A DNA stretch of 64,000 nt from a bacterium (GCA_018223105.1 JAAEYY010000005.1:918-64917); one strand, 5' to 3'; positions 49,482 through 59,957 are shown, numbered from the stretch's first letter. A program made the numbers and translations. The notes: generated by a model from the sequence alone, not told the origin.

Positions 49482-52298
49482 TTATCGACTAAGGTACATG
49501 GATTTTTGACTATAAAGCTCTCTGAACTTAGGATCTTTAGTATCCTTCACAAACAATATTGCTTCACCTGTAGACTTCATCTCCGGTCCGAGCTCCTTAT
49601 TAACATTAGGGAATTTGTTAAATGAGAACACCGGTTGCTTTATGGCATAACCTTGAGGTTTTGGCTCAATTTTGAAGTCTTTCAACTTATTCTCACCCAA
49701 AATAATTTTGGTTGCAATATTTACATATGGCACCTGATAAGCTTTACAGATGAAAGGTACAGTTCTACTTGCTCTAGGATTTGCTTCAATAACATAAACT
49801 TGCTCATCTTTCACAGCAAATTGAATGTTTAAGAGTCCAATTACGTTCATGGCTCTAGCGAGTTTCTTGGTATACTCTTCAATTTGATCGAGAACTTTTT
49901 GAGAGAAGCTAAAAGGTGGTAACACTGCCGAAGAATCTCCGGAATGAATACCTGCCGGCTCAATATGTTCCATCATTCCAATGATTTCTACATCTTCACC
50001 ATCACAAATACAATCAGATTCCGCTTCTTCTGCTCTATCTAAGAAGTGATCAATTAGTACCCTGTTTCCGGGTAAATCGCCAAGTAGCTCAATTACAGCT
50101 GCTTGAAGATCTTCATCATTAATCACAATCTTCATGCCCTGCCCACCGAGTACATAGGAAGGTCTTACTAGAACGGGATATCCAACTTCATTTGCAACCT
50201 GAATGGCTTCGTATGCATTCTCTGCTACACCGTATCTTGGATATGGGATTTCGAGTTCCTTAAGTAGGTCTGAGAAGGATCCGCGGTCTTCCGCTAAATC
50301 CATGTTCTCAAAGCTGGTTCCCATAATCTTAATACCTTCATCTCTCAGTCTTTCTGAAAGCTTCAATGCAGTTTGACCACCCAACTGTACAATCACACCT
50401 TCCGGCTTTTCAAGTTCAATAATTTCATAAAGGTGTTCCCAGAAAATAGGTTCAAAATATAGTTTATCTGCCGTGTCGAAATCCGTACTTACCGTTTCGG
50501 GATTACAGTTAATCATGATTGCTTCATAACCACATTCTTTTGCGGCCATTAAACCGTGAACACAGCTGTAATCAAATTCGATTCCCTGTCCGATCCTATT
50601 TGGCCCGGAACCAATTACGATAACTTTCTTCTTATCAGTCACTACCGACTCATTTTCACCGTCGAAAGTGGAGTATAGGTAGTTTGTTGGTGAACTGAAT
50701 TCTGCAGAACAGGTATCCACCATCTTGTATACTCTATTAATGCCCAGCTCTTTTCTCTTTCTGTACACATCCATATCGGTGCAATTTTTAAGAGTATGAG
50801 CAATTTGAGCATCGGAGAAACCTTGATGTTTTGCAAGTTTCAGCAATTCGGGATCAATATTTTCCAAAGTGAACTTTTTGATCTCCTGCTCAGTTTTTAC
50901 CAGCTCGTAAATCTGCTCTAAGAACCAAGGATCTATCTTGGTGATTTTTTGGATGGATGAAATAGGAACTCCCAAGCTCAAAGCATCTTTCACATGGAAT
51001 ATTCTATCCCAACTAGGGTTCTTTAAGCTGTCAATAATAGGATCTAATTTCTTCAGTTCCCATCCATCAGCTCCCAGACCTAGTCTCTTTATTTCGAGTG
51101 ACTGACAGGCTTTTTGAATGGCTTCTTGAAAGCTTCTTCCAATCGCCATAACTTCACCTACAGATTTCATCTGTAAGCCCAGTGTGCGATCTGCCCCTCT
51201 GAATTTATTGAAATCCCAACGAGGAATTTTTACGATAGTATAATCAATAGCCGGTTCGAAGAATGCCGATGTTGTTTTAGTTACCGGATTCTTTAATTCA
51301 TCGAGATAATATCCCAGTGCCAGTTTAGCCGCAATTTTTGCGATTGGATAACCGGTTGCTTTTGAAGCTAAGGCCGATGATCTTGAAACTCGAGGATTGA
51401 TTTCAATGGTAATTATGTCTTCGTTTTCAGGATTTACCGAAAACTGAACATTACAACCTCCTGCAAATGTCCCCATGCTACGCATCATCTTAAATGCCAT
51501 ATTTCGCATGTTTTGGAAACAAGTGTCGCTAAGTGTCAGTGCCGGCGCAACCGTAATCGAGTCGCCGGTATGAATACCCATAGGGTCGAGGTTTTCTATG
51601 GTACAAATCACAGCGATATCATCCTTGCCATCGCGAAGCAATTCTAACTCGTATTCTTTCCAGCCTATTACCGCTTGTTCTACCAATACTTCATGGGTTG
51701 GAGAGGCTTCTAGACCTCGCTTAACAGCGACATCAAAATCTTCTTTGGCATGTACAAATCCACCGCCGTAACCACCCAGAGTATAAGAAGGTCTGATTAC
51801 TAGTGGGAATCCAATTTCCTGAGCTACTTCTTTTGCTTCAAGGTATGAGTTAGCAATTTTTGATTCTGCAATTGGAATTCCAATCTCCATCATTAAAGAA
51901 CGGAACAAATCTCGATTCTCCGTTTTTTCGATTGCATCAATATCAACTCCTATTATTTTAACATTGTATTTCTCCCAAAGGCCGTATTCATCGGCTTCTT
52001 TAGCCAGGTTTAATGCTGTTTGACCTCCCATCGTTGGAAGCACCGCATCAATTTTTTGCTCATTTAGAATTTGTTCTAAACTTTCAACTGTTAAAGGAAG
52101 TAGGTAAATATGATCCGCCGTAACCGGGTCGGTCATAATTGTTGCAGGATTCGAATTAATCAATGTGACTTCGATTCCTTCCTCCATTAAACTGCGGGAA
52201 GCTTGACTTCCAGAATAGTCGAACTCACAGGCCTGGCCAATGATTATAGGCCCAGATCCAATAATAAGAACAGAATTGATTGAAGTATCTCTCGGCAT
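49482..52298 (-). CDS. carB: Carbamoyl-phosphate synthase large subunit
   Basis: Two ATP-grasp halves, conserved throughout, 938 aa. Confidence 0.95.
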   Translation of the reverse strand: MPRDTSINSVLIIGSGPIIIGQACEFDYSGSQASRSLMEEGIEVTLINSNPATIMTDPVTADHIYLLPLTVESLEQILNEQKIDAVLPTMGGQTALNLAKEADEYGLWEKYNVKIIGVDIDAIEKTENRDLFRSLMMEIGIPIAESKIANSYLEAKEVAQEIGFPLVIRPSYTLGGYGGGFVHAKEDFDVAVKRGLEASPTHEVLVEQAVIGWKEYELELLRDGKDDIAVICTIENLDPMGIHTGDSITVAPALTLSDTCFQNMRNMAFKMMRSMGTFAGGCNVQFSVNPENEDIITIEINPRVSRSSALASKATGYPIAKIAAKLALGYYLDELKNPVTKTTSAFFEPAIDYTIVKIPRWDFNKFRGADRTLGLQMKSVGEVMAIGRSFQEAIQKACQSLEIKRLGLGADGWELKKLDPIIDSLKNPSWDRIFHVKDALSLGVPISSIQKITKIDPWFLEQIYELVKTEQEIKKFTLENIDPELLKLAKHQGFSDAQIAHTLKNCTDMDVYRKRKELGINRVYKMVDTCSAEFSSPTNYLYSTFDGENESVVTDKKKVIVIGSGPNRIGQGIEFDYSCVHGLMAAKECGYEAIMINCNPETVSTDFDTADKLYFEPIFWEHLYEIIELEKPEGVIVQLGGQTALKLSERLRDEGIKIMGTSFENMDLAEDRGSFSDLLKELEIPYPRYGVAENAYEAIQVANEVGYPVLVRPSYVLGGQGMKIVINDEDLQAAVIELLGDLPGNRVLIDHFLDRAEEAESDCICDGEDVEIIGMMEHIEPAGIHSGDSSAVLPPFSFSQKVLDQIEEYTKKLARAMNVIGLLNIQFAVKDEQVYVIEANPRASRTVPFICKAYQVPYVNIATKIILGENKLKDFKIEPKPQGYAIKQPVFSFNKFPNVNKELGPEMKSTGEAILFVKDTKDPKFRELYSQKSMYLSR

Positions 52299-52349
52299 AC
52301 CGGTTAAATTCGGGCAAAATTATCATTTTTGTCCGCATAAGACAGGAAT

Positions 52350-53168
52350 GTGGATAAGGAAATAGAAGAAGATAATTTTGATATTAGGTTTCTAAAAATT
52401 GGAAGCGGAAACCGAGTATTGTTTAGTTTCCATGGATATGGACTTGATGGATTCTCATGGCAGCCTTTGGATCCGGTGCTAAGCGAGGTATATACAATTT
52501 ATCATATTCATCTTCCATTTCATCAAAACTCTGTTTTAGAAATTAATGAACACCAACATTTTGCCCAAGTGTTTCAAAAGTTTCTAGAGCTCCGGAACAT
52601 CCATCAACACAAAATCGACCTTATTTCATTCAGTCTGGGTTCAAACTATGTTTTGCATCTGATCGAAAACATGCCGGAGAAAATAGGAAGAGTTCTAATG
52701 CTTGCACCCGATGGCTTCAAAAAAATAGACCTGAGAAGATTGCTGAACGGCACCAGTATCGGGCGAAGAATCCGATCGAGATTTATTTCAAAACCCGGTT
52801 TTTTTTATACGATTTTAAAAATAGCCAAAGCTTTGAACTTCATCAACAAGAATGTGTACGAATATTATCGCACAAACATTGATAAACAAGAAGACAGGAA
52901 GAATTTGATGTATCGATGGGCAGCTGTTTTTCACTTGAAAGTGAATCTCAATAAGGTATACACCAATATCGCGAAGCATAAAATAGACTGCAACATTATA
53001 GCCGGAGAAAAAGATACGGTGATACGACTCTCTGAATTTAGAAAATTAAGAAATAAACCAATTTCGGTTCAAACTGTGAATATGGGTCATATGATGATGG
53101 TTCCAAAACTCAGGCCCATGCTTGAAGACTGGATTAAATCAGACCCTCTTCTTCGAAATAATGAATGA
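52350..53168 (+). CDS. Alpha/beta-fold hydrolase
   Basis: LFSFHGYGLDGFSW (oxyanion region) and GxSxG-like SFSLGS nucleophile elbow. Confidence 0.6.
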   Translation: MDKEIEEDNFDIRFLKIGSGNRVLFSFHGYGLDGFSWQPLDPVLSEVYTIYHIHLPFHQNSVLEINEHQHFAQVFQKFLELRNIHQHKIDLISFSLGSNYVLHLIENMPEKIGRVLMLAPDGFKKIDLRRLLNGTSIGRRIRSRFISKPGFFYTILKIAKALNFINKNVYEYYRTNIDKQEDRKNLMYRWAAVFHLKVNLNKVYTNIAKHKIDCNIIAGEKDTVIRLSEFRKLRNKPISVQTVNMGHMMMVPKLRPMLEDWIKSDPLLRNNE

Positions 53169-53481
53169 TATGATGTCTTAGATAGCTTTCTTGTTCAAAT
53201 AACTCCTGATGCGGAAGCTTTTGTTTCAACTCCCAAACCGGCCATCCTTTCTCGTCAGTTCCCTTCAATTCATAATGTCCAGAGGTACTTAGAACCCGAC
53301 AAGTAGCAATATGCATCAGTTGCACCTTTTCTTCCTTGCTATAATTCTGTCTGCTACTTCCTAATTCTCTCATTCCAATGAGATAAAGAATAGCACTCAA
53401 ATCAGGCGTTTTTTTGAAAACACTTTCAATTAAGCTCCTGATTTTCATCCATTTATCCTTTGCAGACTCAGTCTCTGTCAT
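53134..53481 (-). CDS. Hypothetical protein, divergent from the GH3-family gene
   Basis: I preferred the ATG at 53479-53481 (MTETESAKDKW...) over the track's TTG at 53544, which would overlap the GH3 start. Confidence 0.35.
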   Translation of the reverse strand: MTETESAKDKWMKIRSLIESVFKKTPDLSAILYLIGMRELGSSRQNYSKEEKVQLMHIATCRVLSTSGHYELKGTDEKGWPVWELKQKLPHQELFEQESYLRHHIIHYFEEEGLI

Positions 53482-53516
53482 ATCCTGTTTTAATTCAATT
53501 AACTTTGTTACGGTCA

Positions 53517-55046
53517 ATGTTACAAAGATTACGCACTGAGACAAAAAAACGAGGTGTTTTTTTAAAAGTTAATACCGAAGAAGGATTTGAGATCCAAAAG
53601 GGAACACTAAAAAAACTACTGAGTAAGGCTAAGGAAACAAGCTTTGGCGAGACATATCGTTTTGAAGAAATATTAAAATCTGATCAGTTTAGCGCAGACT
53701 TTGCCGAGGCAATTCAAGCGGGAGATTATTTGAAAATGCTTCCTTGGTGGACCCGCTGTAGAATGGGCGAGTCTAACGTTACTTGGCCGGGTTCAGTTTC
53801 GCATTACGCAGTTAGCTCGGGAACTTCGGATGGAAGTAGTAAGTATATTCCAGTAACAAAGCAGATGCTGCGCTCTATTCGAAGAGCGAGTTTAAGACAA
53901 GTATTGGCAATTAGCGCAACAGATGTACCGAAGGATCACCTGGCAAAAAAATGGTTGATGATTGGTGGTAGTACTGCGCTGGAATACAACGGCATGTATT
54001 ATTCGGGCGATTTAAGTGGAATAACTACAGGACAAGTACCTATACCATTTCAGCGAATATCAAAGCCGGAACCTCGAATTAGAAAGGAAAAAGATTGGGA
54101 ACAGAAGATTGAGCAAATTACGGAAGAGGCACAGAAATGGGATGTTGGAATGGTAGCTGGTGTACCTGCTTGGGTAAAACTCCTCTTTGAGAATATTTTA
54201 GATAAATACAAGATTGAAAACATCCATGAACTTTGGCCTCATTTTGAAGTTTACATTCATGGCGGTGTGAGTCTCAACCCATATAAAAAATCGCTGGATG
54301 CCTTGATGGGCAGGCCCATCAAATACTTTGAAACCTATTTAGCTTCTGAAGGCTTTATTGCATTCCAAAGCAGGCAAGATAGCAATGGAGGTATGAGGCT
54401 ATTGCTCAGAAATGGAATCTATTACGAGTTCGTTCCTTTCAACTCCGATAATTTTGATGATAATGGTGAAATGAAACCTAGCGCTAAGGCTATCACTTTG
54501 GCTGAAGTAAATGATAAAGAAGAATATGCACTGCTTATTTCAACGTGTGCCGGAGCTTGGAGATACCTCATTGGTGACACGATAAGATTTACTGATTTGA
54601 CTCGCTGCGAAATTCAAATAACAGGTAGAACCAAACACTTTCTATCGCTTTGTGGGGAGCACCTCAGTGTAGATAATATGAACAAGGCCATTGAGATTGT
54701 GGCTGATGAGTACAATGTAAATTTTGAGGAATACACGGTTGGTGGAGTTCCATTTGAAGGTTTTTTCGCCCACGAATGGTACATTGGTGTAGATCGAGAA
54801 GATATTTTAGATAAAGCGAATGAGATTAAGGAGAAACTGGATATGACCCTTAAAGTTTTGAATGATGACTATAGAACAGAGCGTTCGGCAGCATTAAAAG
54901 ATGTTATAGTTCATCTTGTACCTAGCTCTTATTTTATTGATTGGTTAAAAGAGAAAGGCAAAGTGGGATCACAGAACAAATTTCCAAGAGTCTTGAAAAA
55001 CGAATCATTGAAAAGTTGGAAAGAATTTATAGAATCTAGAGCTTAA
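53517..55046 (+). CDS. GH3-family (auxin-responsive promoter family) acyl-adenylate-forming enzyme
   Basis: The conserved GH3 blocks (SSGTSDGSSKYIPVT, YASSEG/YLASEG, etc.) are present. The start is uncertain: ATG at 53517 or TTG at 53460. Confidence 0.7.
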   Translation: MLQRLRTETKKRGVFLKVNTEEGFEIQKGTLKKLLSKAKETSFGETYRFEEILKSDQFSADFAEAIQAGDYLKMLPWWTRCRMGESNVTWPGSVSHYAVSSGTSDGSSKYIPVTKQMLRSIRRASLRQVLAISATDVPKDHLAKKWLMIGGSTALEYNGMYYSGDLSGITTGQVPIPFQRISKPEPRIRKEKDWEQKIEQITEEAQKWDVGMVAGVPAWVKLLFENILDKYKIENIHELWPHFEVYIHGGVSLNPYKKSLDALMGRPIKYFETYLASEGFIAFQSRQDSNGGMRLLLRNGIYYEFVPFNSDNFDDNGEMKPSAKAITLAEVNDKEEYALLISTCAGAWRYLIGDTIRFTDLTRCEIQITGRTKHFLSLCGEHLSVDNMNKAIEIVADEYNVNFEEYTVGGVPFEGFFAHEWYIGVDREDILDKANEIKEKLDMTLKVLNDDYRTERSAALKDVIVHLVPSSYFIDWLKEKGKVGSQNKFPRVLKNESLKSWKEFIESRA

Positions 55047-55204
55047 TGTGGTATGTGTTATCTGCAATAGGCTTGCTTATTGCATTTTTAAATGGTAGAA
55101 TGGCTAAAAAGAAGGGATATTTCTTTTGGCGTACTTTTTTCTTTACGATAATCTTAGTGATTGCAGTGCTCGCGATTCTGAGCAAGCTATTTGTTACACC
55201 ATGA
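55046..55204 (+). CDS. Putative 52-aa two-TM small membrane protein, absent from the ORF track because it is under 60 aa
   Basis: ATG overlaps the GH3 stop (TAATG). The product MWYVLSAIGLLIAFLNGRMAKKKGYFFWRTFFFTIILVIAVLAILSKLFVTP has two hydrophobic helices flanking a KKK loop. It overlaps the dusB 3' end by 11 nt. Confidence 0.25.
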   Translation: MWYVLSAIGLLIAFLNGRMAKKKGYFFWRTFFFTIILVIAVLAILSKLFVTP

Positions 55205-56186
55205 TGTTTTCAGAGAAATGCTCTTCAACTTCCTGAAGCGTTGCATAGATCTCTTCAATATCCATAGATTGAACCAATTTGGTTCTGTATTCTTTAAAAT
55301 GCGGCAATCCTTTAAAGTAATTGCTATAATGACGCCTCATTTCAACAATACCTAAATGCTCGTTTTTCCATTTTAAAGAAAAATCAAAATGCTTTCTGCA
55401 CACAGCAACCCGCTCTTTTATTCCGGGTCCAGGTAGTAATTCTCCGGTTTTTAAATAATGCTTGATTTCATTGAAAATCCAAGGATAGCCAATTGCCGCC
55501 CTACCAATCATTACCCCGTCTACACCATAGCGGTTTTTCATCTCCAAAGCCTTTTGAGGTGAGTCTACATCACCATTACCGAATACCGGAATTTTCATTC
55601 TGGGGTTTTCTTTGATTTCCCCTATAAGGGTCCAATCCGCTTCTCCCTTATACATCTGTTTTCGAGTTCTACCGTGTATGCTAATCGCCTTTATACCAAC
55701 ATCTTGGAGTCGCTCGGCAACTTCAACTACATATTTAGTACTCTCATCCCAACCAAGACGGGTTTTTACTGTTACCGGAAGATGCGTGCTTTTAACGATT
55801 TCGGCTGTCATCTCCACCATCTTAGGGATATCTTGAAGAATTCCTGCGCCAGCTCCCTTACATGCTACTTTTTTAACAGGGCAACCGTAATTAATATCGA
55901 TAATATCGGGATTAGCAGCTGTTGCAATTTCCGTGGCTTCTTTCATGGACTCAATATCAGAGCCAAAAATTTGAATGCCAATGGGGCGTTCATACTCAAA
56001 TATGTCGAGTTTTTCTACGCTTTTAACTGCATCGCGAATGAGTCCTTCAGAGCTAATAAACTCGGTATACATTACATCGGCCCCGTTGTCTTTACACACT
56101 GCGCGGAATGGCGGATCACTCACATCTTCCATGGGTGCGAGTAGTAATGGGAAGTCTCCCACCTCGATATTGCCTATTTTCACCAT
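55194..56186 (-). CDS. dusB: tRNA-dihydrouridine synthase
   Basis: Starting at the ATG at 56184-56186 gives the typical MVKIGNIEVGDFPLLLAPMEDVSD N-terminus. The track's TTG start at 56225 would overlap the divergent neighbour. Confidence 0.85.
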   Translation of the reverse strand: MVKIGNIEVGDFPLLLAPMEDVSDPPFRAVCKDNGADVMYTEFISSEGLIRDAVKSVEKLDIFEYERPIGIQIFGSDIESMKEATEIATAANPDIIDINYGCPVKKVACKGAGAGILQDIPKMVEMTAEIVKSTHLPVTVKTRLGWDESTKYVVEVAERLQDVGIKAISIHGRTRKQMYKGEADWTLIGEIKENPRMKIPVFGNGDVDSPQKALEMKNRYGVDGVMIGRAAIGYPWIFNEIKHYLKTGELLPGPGIKERVAVCRKHFDFSLKWKNEHLGIVEMRRHYSNYFKGLPHFKEYRTKLVQSMDIEEIYATLQEVEEHFSENIMV

Positions 56187-56202
56187 ATTTGCCCCGATAT
56201 AA

Positions 56203-57162
56203 ATGGATTCTTTAGAGAACGGCAAAGATACAGAATTGTTCGAAGAACGCCGATTAACCAGACTTCAGGCAGTGGTACACTTTCTGATGGGTTCCGGACT
56301 CTTCATCGTATTCTTTCTAATATTCTACATGATTGCGCTTGTTACAGGAGCTCAAATGACAGGTTTAAGTTTTGAAGAAATAGCAAGTAACTTCAAAGCG
56401 CTTTATGATAATCCACTGGTTTTGAAGATTGTCAATTTCCTGGCTTCATCGGTTCCTTTACTGATCGTTGCAATCATTATTGGCTTTATTTCAAAAGTGG
56501 GAGTAGGGCGTTATTTGGCTATAGATAAGCTACCAAAATTGAGGCCCTTTCTTTTATGTGTTCTCTTTTTTATTGCAGTTCAACCTCTGGGAAGTTGGCT
56601 CCTCGAAATAAATCAAAACCTCGACCTTAGCTTTCTTCCGGATAGCATTGCAACCTGGATAATAAACTCCGAGAGTTTAAATAATGAAACTTACCAGGCT
56701 ATGTTTGGGTCGGGTGAGTTTGGAGGCTTGGCAACCACTCTTATTTTTATGGCGCTTATGCCGGCCATTGCCGAAGAATTCTTCTTCAGAGGCTTCTTAC
56801 TTCGAGTAATGAATGGAACGTTTCAAAACTTCCATATGGCGAATTTGGTAACAAGTTTGATTTTTACTGCGATTCATTTTCAGTTTTTCAAACTGTTTCC
56901 GATGATGATCTTGTCACTCACATTAGGCTACCTCGTATACTTTACCGGTTCCCTGTGGATGTCGATTTTAGTCCATCTGGCAAACAATGCGATTACCATT
57001 CTATATGTTCTCTCTCAAGACGGAGGAAATTATCAGGAGATGATGACTGAAGGCTCTCAAATGCCGTGGTTTATAGTGTTGATTTCTAGCTTCGCACTTG
57101 TGGGTTTATTCGTCAGCCTAAATAATAGCGATTTACATAAACTCAAGAATATTTATGAATAA
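56203..57162 (+). CDS. CPBP-family intramembrane glutamic endopeptidase (CAAX protease-like)
   Basis: The EEFFFRG, FTAIHF and HLANNA motifs sit in a polytopic protein. Confidence 0.75.
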   Translation: MDSLENGKDTELFEERRLTRLQAVVHFLMGSGLFIVFFLIFYMIALVTGAQMTGLSFEEIASNFKALYDNPLVLKIVNFLASSVPLLIVAIIIGFISKVGVGRYLAIDKLPKLRPFLLCVLFFIAVQPLGSWLLEINQNLDLSFLPDSIATWIINSESLNNETYQAMFGSGEFGGLATTLIFMALMPAIAEEFFFRGFLLRVMNGTFQNFHMANLVTSLIFTAIHFQFFKLFPMMILSLTLGYLVYFTGSLWMSILVHLANNAITILYVLSQDGGNYQEMMTEGSQMPWFIVLISSFALVGLFVSLNNSDLHKLKNIYE

Positions 57163-57955
57163 CTTCACCAAGCGTATCATTTTTGGATCAATCTATGTGG
57201 CAATGGTGGTTTCATCAGTTGTTATTGGAAATCCCTGGTTTGTATTCTTGATGGCTTTATTCACTTTATTGGCAATTTTAGAAAGTATAAAGTTAAACAA
57301 TGATCAGGCGAGTAGAAACAAGGAATTAACAGCCTTGGTTTATTCAGGTATTATTGTATATCTTGCTCTATACCAGCCTCTTGACCAGTTTACATATCAT
57401 TATTTAATCATGTTTGTGCTTCATCTAAGTACAGTGTTTTTTATCCGAAAGTCGATGTTGGCCAAAGGAAGATCGTCCCTGCTATTTGATACTTTATATA
57501 TCTGGCTTCCATTGTTTGCTTTAGCTATTCATTACACTCAAGCTGAGGGGCAAGCAGTAAACGATATATTATTCCTATTCGTAATAATTTGGTGTGCAGA
57601 TTCATTTGCTTATGTTAGCGGTAAGCTATTTGGAAAGCACCCTATTTTTCCTGAAACTAGTCCAAAAAAGACCTGGGAAGGGACAATAGGAGGAGCAGTA
57701 CTAAGTGTCCTAGCTGTTTTTATTATACAGAAATTCTGGTTTCAATTAGATTTCAATATGTATATCACAGCCGGAATCATTGTGATATCTTCCATAAGCG
57801 GAGATTATCTTCAATCTTTTTACAAGCGAAGATTAGGAGTTAAAGACAGTGGATCATTGATTCCGGGACATGGAGGAATACTAGATAGAATCGACTCTAT
57901 TTTGTTTAGTAGTCTTCCTTACTTGACATATGTGCACCTGATTGCTGAAAAATAA
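57155..57955 (+). CDS. cdsA: Phosphatidate cytidylyltransferase
   Basis: The C-terminal signature is SFAYVSGKLFGKHPIFPETSPKKTWEG...GHGGILDRIDS. It overlaps the upstream stop by 8 nt. Confidence 0.85.
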   Translation: MNNFTKRIIFGSIYVAMVVSSVVIGNPWFVFLMALFTLLAILESIKLNNDQASRNKELTALVYSGIIVYLALYQPLDQFTYHYLIMFVLHLSTVFFIRKSMLAKGRSSLLFDTLYIWLPLFALAIHYTQAEGQAVNDILFLFVIIWCADSFAYVSGKLFGKHPIFPETSPKKTWEGTIGGAVLSVLAVFIIQKFWFQLDFNMYITAGIIVISSISGDYLQSFYKRRLGVKDSGSLIPGHGGILDRIDSILFSSLPYLTYVHLIAEK

Positions 57956-57989
57956 CAGAACTGAAGGAAACAAGGTATTATTTAATAAA

Positions 57990-57997
57990 TACATTTG
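57990..57997 (+). promoter_or_regulatory. Putative Bacteroidetes -7 promoter element (TAcaTTTG) upstream of gdhA
   Basis: Matches TAnnTTTG about 28 nt upstream of the ATG. This is a motif match only. Confidence 0.25.
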
Positions 57998-58024
57998 CCT
58001 AAATAATTGCTGATTCAATATTAA

Positions 58025-59302
58025 ATGACAATGAAGTACAAAGAACCGGCTCCTATAGTGGATAAGCTTAATCCATTGGAGTCTATGATGGAACGCTTTC
58101 ATGAAGCCTCTAGAATTTTAGGTCTTGATGAATCTACTTACGAAGCACTCAAATCACCGGAGAAATCTGTGATGGTGAGCTTACCGGTTACCATGGATGA
58201 TGGAAACACAAAAGTGTTTGAAGGTTTTAGAGTGGTTCACTCTTCAAAACTAGGTCCATCTAAAGGGGGAATCAGATATGCTCCAAGTGTACATTTAGAT
58301 GAAGTTAAAGCACTAGCTGCATGGATGACATGGAAATGCGCCGTTGTGGGCATTCCATATGGAGGTGCTAAAGGTGGAATTAATTGCGATCCGCGTTCAA
58401 TGTCTCAAGGTGAACTAGAAAGACTTACAAGAACTTTTACAACCGCTATGCGCGATGTTTTTGGGCCGGAAAGAGATATTCCTGCTCCTGATATGGGAAC
58501 GAATCCACAGACCATGGCCTGGATTATGGATGAATACTCTAAACTAGCGGGTGTTGCAAGTCCGGCTGTCGTTACCGGTAAACCACTTGTACTTGGCGGT
58601 TCTCTTGGTAGAGTGGAAGCTACCGGACGAGGAGTTATGGTTTCAACACGAAGCGCTATGGCTAAACTCAAAATGAATCCGGGTAATTCTACTTGTGCAG
58701 TTCAAGGTTTTGGAAACGTAGGTAGCATCTCTGCTAAATTACTAGAGATGCAAGGATTGTCCATTACAGCAATTTCTGATGTGAGTGGTGCTTATTACAA
58801 TAAAAACGGAATCAATATTGATGAAGCAATTGAGTACGTTGCTCAGAATAAGAGTCTGGAAGGATTTAAGGGTGGCGATATCATTACAAATGACGAATTA
58901 CTTGAACTAGATGTAGATGTACTTGTGCCTGCGGCGCTTGAAGATCAGATCACGGTGAAAAATGCAGACAAGATCAAAGCAAAATTGATTGTAGAAGGAG
59001 CAAATGGTCCTACAGCATCTAATGCCGATAAAATCTTGAATGAAAAAGGAATTCTAGTTGTTCCTGATATTCTCGCTAATGCAGGAGGTGTTTCTGTATC
59101 TTATTTCGAATGGGTTCAAAACCGTTTGGGTTACTTCTGGACCGAAGAAAGAGTAAATCGTAGAGCAGATAGAATCATGAAGCAAGCATTTGACAATGTT
59201 TATGCGGCTTCTAAGAAATATAAAGTGAGCATGAGAACAGCGGCTTATATCGTAGCAATCGATAAAGTAGCGAGCACCTCAAAGCTCAGAGGAATATTCT
59301 AA
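58025..59302 (+). CDS. gdhA: Glu/Leu/Phe/Val-family glutamate dehydrogenase
   Basis: Catalytic KGG motif (GGAKGGI) and dinucleotide-binding GFGNVG, 425 aa. Confidence 0.9.
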   Translation: MTMKYKEPAPIVDKLNPLESMMERFHEASRILGLDESTYEALKSPEKSVMVSLPVTMDDGNTKVFEGFRVVHSSKLGPSKGGIRYAPSVHLDEVKALAAWMTWKCAVVGIPYGGAKGGINCDPRSMSQGELERLTRTFTTAMRDVFGPERDIPAPDMGTNPQTMAWIMDEYSKLAGVASPAVVTGKPLVLGGSLGRVEATGRGVMVSTRSAMAKLKMNPGNSTCAVQGFGNVGSISAKLLEMQGLSITAISDVSGAYYNKNGINIDEAIEYVAQNKSLEGFKGGDIITNDELLELDVDVLVPAALEDQITVKNADKIKAKLIVEGANGPTASNADKILNEKGILVVPDILANAGGVSVSYFEWVQNRLGYFWTEERVNRRADRIMKQAFDNVYAASKKYKVSMRTAAYIVAIDKVASTSKLRGIF

Positions 59303-59955
59303 TGAGAATACATCGAGAAGGCTTTAAAATTATATTGATTTCAACTGCTCTTTTAGTTGGAGTCTTATACCTCCTCACATCTCTTAACTCACCTGCATGG
59401 TTACTTGCACTATTGGGGATTCCCTTATTAGTGCTATATGTGTTAATCATTCGGTTTTTTAGAAATCCCGAGCGAAAAGTGGATGCAACTCCCCATGGAA
59501 TTGTAGCACCTTGCGATGGTAAAGTTGTGGTGATTGAAGAGGTAGAAGAGGGAGAGTATTTTAAAGACAAAAGAATTCAGATTTCCATTTTCATGTCGCC
59601 ATTAAATGTGCATGTAAACCGAAATCCCGCCGGAGGAGAAGTTTCATATTTCAAATATCACCCCGGGAAATATTTGGTAGCATGGCATCCAAAATCAAGC
59701 ACTGAAAATGAAAGAACAACTGCCGTAATAAAGCAAGAAGACGGAAAAGAAATCTTGTTTAGACAAATAGCAGGTGCTGTTGCTCGCAGAATACGCTGGT
59801 ATATTAAACCGGGAGATCGCGTGGCAAAGGGAGATGAAATGGGCTTTATTAAGTTTGGTTCAAGGGTAGATATATTGCTGCCTGTAGATGCCGAAATTAA
59901 AGTGAATCTAGAGCAAGATGTTGTTGCTGCTGAGACTTTGATAGCTGTTGTTTAG
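59302..59955 (+). CDS. psd: Phosphatidylserine decarboxylase proenzyme
   Basis: FGSR self-cleavage (G-S) motif near the C-terminus, N-terminal TM helix, 217 aa. The start overlaps the gdhA stop (TAATG). Confidence 0.85.
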   Translation: MRIHREGFKIILISTALLVGVLYLLTSLNSPAWLLALLGIPLLVLYVLIIRFFRNPERKVDATPHGIVAPCDGKVVVIEEVEEGEYFKDKRIQISIFMSPLNVHVNRNPAGGEVSYFKYHPGKYLVAWHPKSSTENERTTAVIKQEDGKEILFRQIAGAVARRIRWYIKPGDRVAKGDEMGFIKFGSRVDILLPVDAEIKVNLEQDVVAAETLIAVV

Positions 59956-59957
59956 CG

